This document shows positions 23,164 to 64,000 of a stretch of DNA of 64,000 nucleotides, one piece after another. The notes below the pieces were generated by a model. The model made no database searches. It saw only the letters and a list, made by a program, of their open reading frames with translations, and was not told where the DNA came from. Where the stretch lies: contig NC_135250.1 in NCBI RefSeq assembly GCF_964204865.1, positions 8,060,001 through 8,124,000 of the forward strand. Reading direction: 5' to 3'. Every line of letters begins with the position of its first letter. The first letter of the stretch is position 1. The translations under genes and the position numbers were made by a program. The stretch comes from Styela clava. Lineage: Eukaryota.

Positions 23164-25998
23164 ATGGATCGAGAAGCTAAATTAGCTGCCGCAAAAAAGA
23201 AATTGCGGCAATTTAAAAAGAAAAAGGGATTGAACAAGTCTCCGAAATCAGCAGAAAATTCAGAAACTAGTTCCACAACATCTGATCGTCCCACACCCAC
23301 GTCAACACCTACTCAAAACCACGCTGATGATATTTTAGAAATTGAAAAATCTGAAAAATTCATTGACGAAAAGTTTGAATTATTGAGAAATGCTAATAGT
23401 GATAATCTGTCAGAAAGCACTGCCGCGACGACAGAAAGTATTCTCCAAGTTTCCGCAAAATTAAACGGAATTGCCGCTGAAGCAGCCATGTTTATTGATG
23501 ATGCAAGTAGCAATCACAGCAGCGAAGAAAAATTTCAAATTATCGACCACCCTAAGCCAGAAGAACCTGAACAGCAAAACGTTATATCTGCGTTAGAAGT
23601 CCGAAATCAAGAACTTGCTTCCAAATTAGCGTCATTTTCTCAAGACAATGAAGTCTTGCGCGGACATTGTCAAAACTTATCAGATCAAGTGCAATTGATG
23701 CAAAAACAATTAGAAGCAAAAACGGAATCGGAAAATAGACAATTTGAAGATGAAAACGTTTTTCAAGAAAAGCTACAAGTTCAAATGCAAACGATTAGCG
23801 TTCTTGTCTCGGAAAAGCAAGATTTACATCAGGAATTACTAATGTTAAGATCGGAATTACACAACCGAAATATTCAACACGAAAAAAATGTTGAAGAAAT
23901 GCAAACTATGCGAGAAAAGTTAGCTTCTTGTGTAAGAGACTTACAATCAAAAACAGACGAATATCATCACCTTGAAAGAAATAATATTCATCTTCAATCG
24001 CAGAATTCAGATTATAATCAAGAATTGATTCAAACGAAACAGATATTAGAAAACGAAAAAATGCAATCTACTGAATTAATGGGAAAATTACAAACTAAAG
24101 TCGTGGAATTTAACGAATTATATAGAACACATGTCGACTTGAAGGAACGTTTTGAAATGGCCGATGTGTTACTCCAACAAATGTCAGCGAATAATAATGC
24201 TGATGCTGCTTCTCAACTTAGGAATATACAACAAGAAAACGAAACTCTGAAAACTAGGTGTCTTGATTACCAACAAGCTTTCGAACAGATGAACGCAGAA
24301 CGTGAACAACTGGATACACAATATAATGATACACGAAAAAAATGGGAGAACGATTTACAAAATTTACAGCAAAAAATATCATTGCTTGAAAATGAAAAAC
24401 AAGATTTGTATCAGCAATGCATGAATTTGCATGAATCATTGAAAACGCTGAATGAAAAACAGAATGAAGAGAAAAATGAAACGCTGGATAATACGGAAAA
24501 TAACATTGATAACATAAATGATGCTGTAAATGAAGAAAAACAAAAGGCTGCAACCATACAAAATAATCTCCGAGAGGAAATTACAGCGCAACAGAACACT
24601 AACCAATATCTGTCACATTTAGTACAAGAAAAAGAAACTCGTATTTACGAGCTTGAAAACGAGCTTGATCAAGTAAAATCATCTATAAACGAACATGAAC
24701 AGTTGTTAGATAATGCCCGAAGCGATAAAGTAGCAATTTCTCGAGCATTGTTACAAAACAAGCAACTGAAAGAACAACTAGAAGAAATACAGGATGGTTT
24801 TGTACGAATGAGTAACGACAAAATGGATCTTGCTACCAACGTGATTTCGCTTGAACATGTAAATAAAGACTTGCAACTAAAGTATGATCAGAGTGAGGAA
24901 TTACAAGAACAATTAAGACAAGAATTACAAAGGTACCAATTGGGAATGCATCGCTTGCAGGAACAAAATTCTAATTTACAATCGCATTTGAATGCTGCAC
25001 AATCATCTCATCAAAATGGAGTTGCGCAACCACCTGAAAACTCACAAATTGAGGCCTTACAACATATGATAGCCCAATTGCAAAACGAAAACCAAAATTT
25101 ACAAGAAAAATTAAATTCTGTTATAGTAATTAACCAAACTGAAAGTAACTCAGAAATAGAACATGCCAGTACAAATACAGATATAATCAATGATGCGTCA
25201 CATGACAGAATTACAGAAAACGATTCTACCAAAATACCAGAACCAGAAAACGAGACAATGGCAACAGATGAAGATATGCATACTGAACATAACACCGTAT
25301 CACATGTTCAGAATCATTTTACCTATCAAATTGAAAACAATGGTGTACAACTTGATGCAATGGCCATTCTACAAGAAAAATTTACTGCCGTAATGAAAGA
25401 GAAGGCGGATTTGTTGAATCGTTTAGAACTTATGGAACACGCAAATACTCAACTACAGAACGAATGCGACACAATTGGAGAATATATAGCATTATATCAT
25501 AATCAGAGGCAGATATTGAAGCAGCGACACAAAGAAAAAGATAAGTATATTTCGAACATCATACAAGAACGCGAAGCGATGCAAGGAAAAGTCGAACAGT
25601 TACAAACACTGATCGTAGCCGTGCTTAACAATCGCCAAAATGGGGATGTTGATTTTTCTGCATCCCCACCAAGGTTAGATGAATCCTACACAACGATCGA
25701 ATCTGAAAACCAACAAATTATAGATCCAAAATCATCATTGATGCAAGAGCAGCCAGATCTTGTACCGAAGTCTGATATTTCTAGGGATAACGATTTAACA
25801 ACACCAACACGTAGCCCTGTACCTGGACATCTAGATAAAGTAAGAACTACATCTGAATCTTCTGATAATGCCACAACTACACAAATTTTAACTCTACTTG
25901 AGCAAATGCAAAAACCTATTGATCCTGGTGTGTTGAGCAAAACATCAATTCCTAGTGGCTTTTGTATGCATTACATAGGACCTTATACTGCTATTTAA
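23164..25998 (+). CDS. GOLGA2: Golgin subfamily A member 2 (GM130)-like, single-exon CDS, 944 aa
   Basis: Uninterrupted ORF. N-terminal AKLAAAKKKLRQFKKK (GM130 p115-binding/basic motif), QMQTISVLVSEKQDL, ISRALLQNKQLKEQLEEIQDGFVRMSNDKMDL, LQNECDTIGEYIALYHNQR and a TTQILTLLEQMQ C-terminal helix, with long coiled coil between; hydrophobic C-terminus (YTAI). Confidence 0.93.
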   Translation: MDREAKLAAAKKKLRQFKKKKGLNKSPKSAENSETSSTTSDRPTPTSTPTQNHADDILEIEKSEKFIDEKFELLRNANSDNLSESTAATTESILQVSAKLNGIAAEAAMFIDDASSNHSSEEKFQIIDHPKPEEPEQQNVISALEVRNQELASKLASFSQDNEVLRGHCQNLSDQVQLMQKQLEAKTESENRQFEDENVFQEKLQVQMQTISVLVSEKQDLHQELLMLRSELHNRNIQHEKNVEEMQTMREKLASCVRDLQSKTDEYHHLERNNIHLQSQNSDYNQELIQTKQILENEKMQSTELMGKLQTKVVEFNELYRTHVDLKERFEMADVLLQQMSANNNADAASQLRNIQQENETLKTRCLDYQQAFEQMNAEREQLDTQYNDTRKKWENDLQNLQQKISLLENEKQDLYQQCMNLHESLKTLNEKQNEEKNETLDNTENNIDNINDAVNEEKQKAATIQNNLREEITAQQNTNQYLSHLVQEKETRIYELENELDQVKSSINEHEQLLDNARSDKVAISRALLQNKQLKEQLEEIQDGFVRMSNDKMDLATNVISLEHVNKDLQLKYDQSEELQEQLRQELQRYQLGMHRLQEQNSNLQSHLNAAQSSHQNGVAQPPENSQIEALQHMIAQLQNENQNLQEKLNSVIVINQTESNSEIEHASTNTDIINDASHDRITENDSTKIPEPENETMATDEDMHTEHNTVSHVQNHFTYQIENNGVQLDAMAILQEKFTAVMKEKADLLNRLELMEHANTQLQNECDTIGEYIALYHNQRQILKQRHKEKDKYISNIIQEREAMQGKVEQLQTLIVAVLNNRQNGDVDFSASPPRLDESYTTIESENQQIIDPKSSLMQEQPDLVPKSDISRDNDLTTPTRSPVPGHLDKVRTTSESSDNATTTQILTLLEQMQKPIDPGVLSKTSIPSGFCMHYIGPYTAI

Positions 25999-27925
25999 AA
26001 AATATATATTAATAGTATTATATATTGTATTTATTTTCGTCTAGAAAATTATTAAAGTTACTGTATAGAGGTATTTATTTGGTGGGCGATCTTTTCACAG
26101 GTGAATAGTTCTTGATGAATAGTTGAGATGCTCATATCAAAATAGTTTAATATTTTAGAAATAATATTTTTGGAAATTCAAATTATAAAGTTATGTGAAT
26201 ATTTCCTTTTATCATCATTTGCGTGATTTTGATAAATTCGACTCAAAATCGACTGATATATCATTGATTTTGATTAGTTTCGAGTCCAAATATGGTCAAG
26301 TTCTTCAAAATACCAGTATAGGCTATGTTGGGAATTCCCAATTCTGTTTTAAACCTATTAAACACATCCATCTCAAATAGCATTCGGTGATACTACTATA
26401 AATTGAGATAATGTCTAATTATATTAAATTTCTTAATTAGCGATAGCTGTGTGTAAGAATAGGGATTAATATGCTTTTTCTTGAACTTGCATTAATTGCA
26501 ATAAGAAATTTGTTTAAGCTGGTATCAAAATATCATATGTTATTGTTATAATGCTTCAGTTATTGAATAATGGATCAGTTTGAATATTTGAAATAGAATT
26601 AAATTATAGAAAAAAATTCTAGAAACTATTTTGATATGAACATCAAATAATGTATAATGGTGAGCCGACTGGTGTTACCATAATTAGTTTTATATTCTGC
26701 TGAAAGATTTGCTTCTGAATTCTGAAATTGAAAAAAAGAAAAAAAATGTTTGTAATTGATTTATAAAATATTGCAAAACGAGGTGGCCTATCGAAATATA
26801 CCTGTTTTTTTTTAACAAAATTCAATATCCTAAAACACCATAAAATATCCCTTGTTTCTTATAAATTTGAAAAATTGATGTAATTAAATGCTTGATTGAC
26901 AGAGTGTTTCTTCAAATATATATTTGATCCTATTCTTGATTTGATTGAGTACAATAATTTACGTCATAAAATCTGTTTGGTAAATTTTATTTAGATTTGA
27001 TTCATCATCATTAATAAGAATGGTAGAAAATTCTAATCCTATGGATATATTTGTACTAATTTTCTTCTGGAGCCAACTTAGAATGGAAATAATATATTAT
27101 TTCAGAATGGCTTTAGAATAGTAGCTTGTTAGGTTTTCGCCATCCCTGGTTATATCATTATGAATTTTGTGCTATGAACAAAGGCTATTTAAACTGATTT
27201 AGTTATTTATATATCAAACCAACATATAAAACAAAAGAATGTTCTCTATACCCTATTCTGAATATAATTTACAAGTGTTCTTCCGATATTATCATTGGTT
27301 GACAAATCTTATCTTGTAAATTTATCCCAATTATAATTGGTTTAACCACTTTGTATTTGGGCTGTGGGAAATATACACCCAACTCCAATCTCTGAATTTA
27401 AAAAATGACTCCTATTGTGCCTGGACGAAAATTCTGGCTCCAGGTTGAAGCAAATTTTGAATATAGTTCTGAACACTTTTCAAAACTGAATTATCGAACC
27501 TATTACCCAAGACTCCACAACTCTTCTTGGTATAGTTATCTCTGGTGCTATACTATATTATTGCTACCATTCACATCAGTGCAATTTAATGTGTATTTTT
27601 AGTTTATTCGGAATTCAAATTCGTTTGCGTAATTGAACACTGTTTCTTGATGATTTCTTTAGGTATGTTTTGTTGCGGCTCGGAATATGACAAAGCAATA
27701 TTTGTGATCCATATACTCGTTAAGCTAATGAAATATGGACTGCTTTTGGAGCTATCAAATATGAAAAAAAAAAAATTAAAAAAGTAATGAGCCTTGAGAA
27801 ATGTCCTTGCCATGCACCTCTGGTGGTCAGAGATAGGGTTTTAAGAAATTTGGGACACGGAATAGATGATCATCAACATGGTATCATGGTTATAAGGTTC
27901 ATTGCTAAATAGCTATAGTTGTGAA

Positions 27926-28314
27926 TAGGGCTGGGCATTTTGAATCGAATAGTAAATTATTAGAATCGGTTCATTACAATCGCCACCATCTTTTTTTTTT
28001 CTTTCCTTCAATGGTCGAGGTAAATTCTCAATTTTTTTTTATTGAAGTCATATTTTTTCAACGCAATTCTGACATATGACTCTTTTCTGTAGTGAGATAT
28101 CGATGAAAACATGTTTTTAATTGTGCGTGAACGCTCAGCAATCTGCTTGAGTGATGTATTCTATGTTTTCAATAATTTATGTGTCTGAATGACCTAATAC
28201 AATAAGAAAGTACATACAATTTTATATCTCCCAAGTATTCGAGATTCGATTAAAAAAAATATTCGATTCGATTCTGAAATCATCAGGTAGGTTTTTCGAA
28301 AATGCCCAGCCCTA
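27926..28314. mobile_element. hAT-type MITE
   Basis: Perfect 16-bp TIR TAGGGCTGGGCATTTT / AAAATGCCCAGCCCTA, subterminal GAATCGAAT/ATTCGATTC repeats, 8-bp TSD GTTGTGAA/GTTGTGAG. Confidence 0.85.
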
Positions 28315-30126
28315 GTTGTGAGAATCTTTAGCAATATCTATAATTTGAACTGGTCTTTTCAATGACAATCTGATATTTGCGAGTGATGCAAATTCTACTT
28401 TTTCATGCTTTTCCGTAAATTTTAGCGATTTCAATAAAATAAGATACCAGTCATGATTTGAAATTCAACATGAATTAAATTTTAGGGTTGCATCGATGAA
28501 TAACTCCCAAGATGCTAGCCTATACTATTATTGAAACTGATTATTTCTTTGTGCATGATAAATGGTGCTGTTTGTTTAAAACTTTCATTTTGCTTTTCGC
28601 TTTCATTTAAAATTGTATTTCATTATAGATATATTTATATTAGAAAATATCGAAGCTTATTTCTTTAACTTACTTAATGGTGATGGCATTATTATTTGAA
28701 TATTAATTTCAAAGCCACTATTTCATTTTTCAAGACGTTTTTTCCATCTGTACTCCAAACAAGGCTGAAGGCAAGCAGTTGTTCAAACATAAATGGAGGA
28801 AGACGTACCGTAAATCATCATGTTTAGAATTTCAGGCTTAATAATTGATGATGGTTACGAAACTAAAGTGCTGTCAACGTGTCAAGATTTTATCAAGATG
28901 TCCCTTTTTTTTCCACCCATGATTATAATCATCATAAGCCATGGCACTCAGCAGCATTTTTTTTTTTCAAAGGTCTTCTGTTATAAACTTATAAGTAGTG
29001 TCTAATTTGTATTCAATCCTTATGCTTCACTGAATTTTTGCTAATCCTAAGTTGGCTTCACATGTACGTCATGAAAATTTATCAAATCATACAAAAGAAT
29101 TCAGGAATGCTGTTTGAGAGCATCACAAAAAGTCTGTTCTATATTTTCGTTATCATTGCAACAATGCCCTTTTTGCCACCTTGGCACAGTGTTTTTTGCC
29201 TCTTATTCTTTTAGTCTTATGCTTTCTGATTCATTCTACAGAGTTTAGTTGCTGCTGTATTAATTTTTTCTTTATGCTTATGGTGTTATGCATTATAAGA
29301 ACTTGAAATAGGAAAATATAGGAATAGTAATATTGTGCAGTTTCAGGTCTCGGCAAAAGTGTTTAAGATATGTTCTATTATACTCATAATGAAATTTGAC
29401 CATATATAAAAAAAATCCCAAAATTCTACTGTTTAGTGTATTTCTTAAAAAACATGATATAGGCCTACTGTATTTAAAGTGTCTATATTTCGAATGCTTT
29501 TGAGTATATGAAAGGGTGCATCCATATATGGTGTAGAAACAGGCATCACCTGCCATTTACCGGTACCTGTAGATTTGTATCGTCTGGACTTCCTTGCTGG
29601 GAAGATACATTTCTGTTTCTGCAGGGATGTCCAAAATGAATTGAAGGTTCAAATTTATACAAAATTCTAGATTTTATCAAGCATAACTTATATCTGGAAA
29701 TTTGTCTAATTTTTTTGAGCATGTAATACTCAAGATAAATTATATTGATATTCTAGAAATAGACAGTCAATCAGAACCAAGTTTATGTCAACTTTTTTTT
29801 TGTACTGTTTTCCGTAAATTTACATAGATTTGACCGAAAACAATTTTATTTGTTTATTAACATGACGTTATTCAAGATTTCTTCAATATTCACATTTTAA
29901 AACATTTCAAAATCCATTTAGTAAAGTGATTTGTTTAGTTTGGTGGCCTTTACCTAGTTTTTCCGTTCTAGTATCTAACCAAATATGGATGCACTCTGAT
30001 AACGTATCAAAATTGAATTTCTGCGAAAATGGTATCACTGAATTGCATTTATTTTCTCTATATTAGTGTTGCAATTAGAAATAGGAGTGTGATAGTTCTA
30101 TCTACTTTTATTACAATGAAAACCTG

Positions 30127-62940
<32,814 letters not shown>

Positions 62941-64000
62941 CAACGCTGAGTATTGATCATTCCACTGGGACCCTGGCACACCCCGTCAACCTTTGATCTC
63001 GCATGCTTCATATTTTGGAAACAGATTTGTAGCAACGCTGAAACTTGATTACTCCATCCAGAAGCCATGGTCAATTCAGGAAATGCTAAAATAAGTCATG
63101 AATGTTGTTGAACATGATGTCATGAACAGATACTTGTATGGTATCCAGTTCAAGCGGGGTTTTGCACTTACCTGCCCGTTACTGGCACATGTAAAATTTT
63201 CGGTTCATTTACGAACAATGGTATCTACTGTTAATATGTGAAAGGTTTCCCAGTGGCTTACTGTTGTCGTTAGGTGGTGTTGCAATTCACAAAAATGGGA
63301 TTATAAATTTGGATGTATAAGCGTTTTTTTGTAATTTTGAATAATTTTCCATCGGGTGGTGAGTTTCAATTGACAAGAAAAAGTATTTTTCATTTTTCTA
63401 GGGTAGATTATTCCAAAAAGTTATATAATTTGATAAGAAACATTTTCTTTCGACTTTTGAGTATCCCTTGTTTAGTAATAATTTCTATTTAGTTGAGTAT
63501 TTTTCTGAGTGGTTTTGGCTCACGTTGTATTATGAAGAAAATATTTGTTTTTCTACTTTTTTAACCTTCTATGCAAGTTCAAATGCTCTGCACAGTAAAA
63601 ATGAATTAAATCAATGATATGCGTATGGTACTGATTGGTACATTTTTATCTTTAACCAATAAGGTACCTTCAATTAATGAAGTACAATGTTGGAGAATGG
63701 AACTGTAAGTAAGGATTTTATTCTGTGTTATATATAATGTCCATCAGTAAGCGAGTCGTTTTTCTGGCCTGAATATGTGGCAATGTGGGTACCATGATTT
63801 TGAATACTAGCATTTTGAAAACTGCCAGAATCTCCGACTTTGATTGTACAAGCGTTAGGGATACTTGTTACTTCAATTGATGAGCTAATATTTTTATCTG
63901 GTCCTGTAGGAGAGGCTGATCGCCATTGACCTTTTCCAATGACAGTAACGTCTCGATTCTATTATTTTCGACGCACTTTTGTAGATTACAACTACAAAGA

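Noticed and set aside
23313-25940. Minus-strand ORFs within GOLGA2
   Set aside because: Antisense shadows of the coding strand with no recognisable protein features.

Overview
AT-rich animal genomic DNA with GT-AG introns, not prokaryotic. The gene content and repeats suggest an invertebrate chordate such as an ascidian; that is an inference. Three genes lie on the + strand. (1) A 5'-incomplete FAM117/GLCCI1-family gene, with 9 coding exons traced by hand (4419-16785). (2) A GM130/GOLGA2 golgin whose whole 944-codon CDS is one exon (23164-25998). (3) A 30-exon CNK/CNKSR scaffold gene of about 1832 aa (30127-62940) with SAM, CRIC, PDZ, a long disordered linker, PH, a chordate-type cytohesin-binding region and a C-terminal PDZ ligand. 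Introns and intergenic DNA carry a Merlin-like MITE family (GG termini, 8-bp TSDs), several hAT MITEs, a Helentron/DINE-like element, tRNA-derived SINEs and local tandem duplications. The most notable observations are a Penelope-type minimal hammerhead ribozyme upstream of GOLGA2, a CpG-rich putative internal promoter in CNK that would split it into CNK3-like and IPCEF1-like products, intronless GOLGA2 possibly co-transcribed with CNK, and a tandem duplication of the CNK C-terminal PDZ ligand and stop codon.
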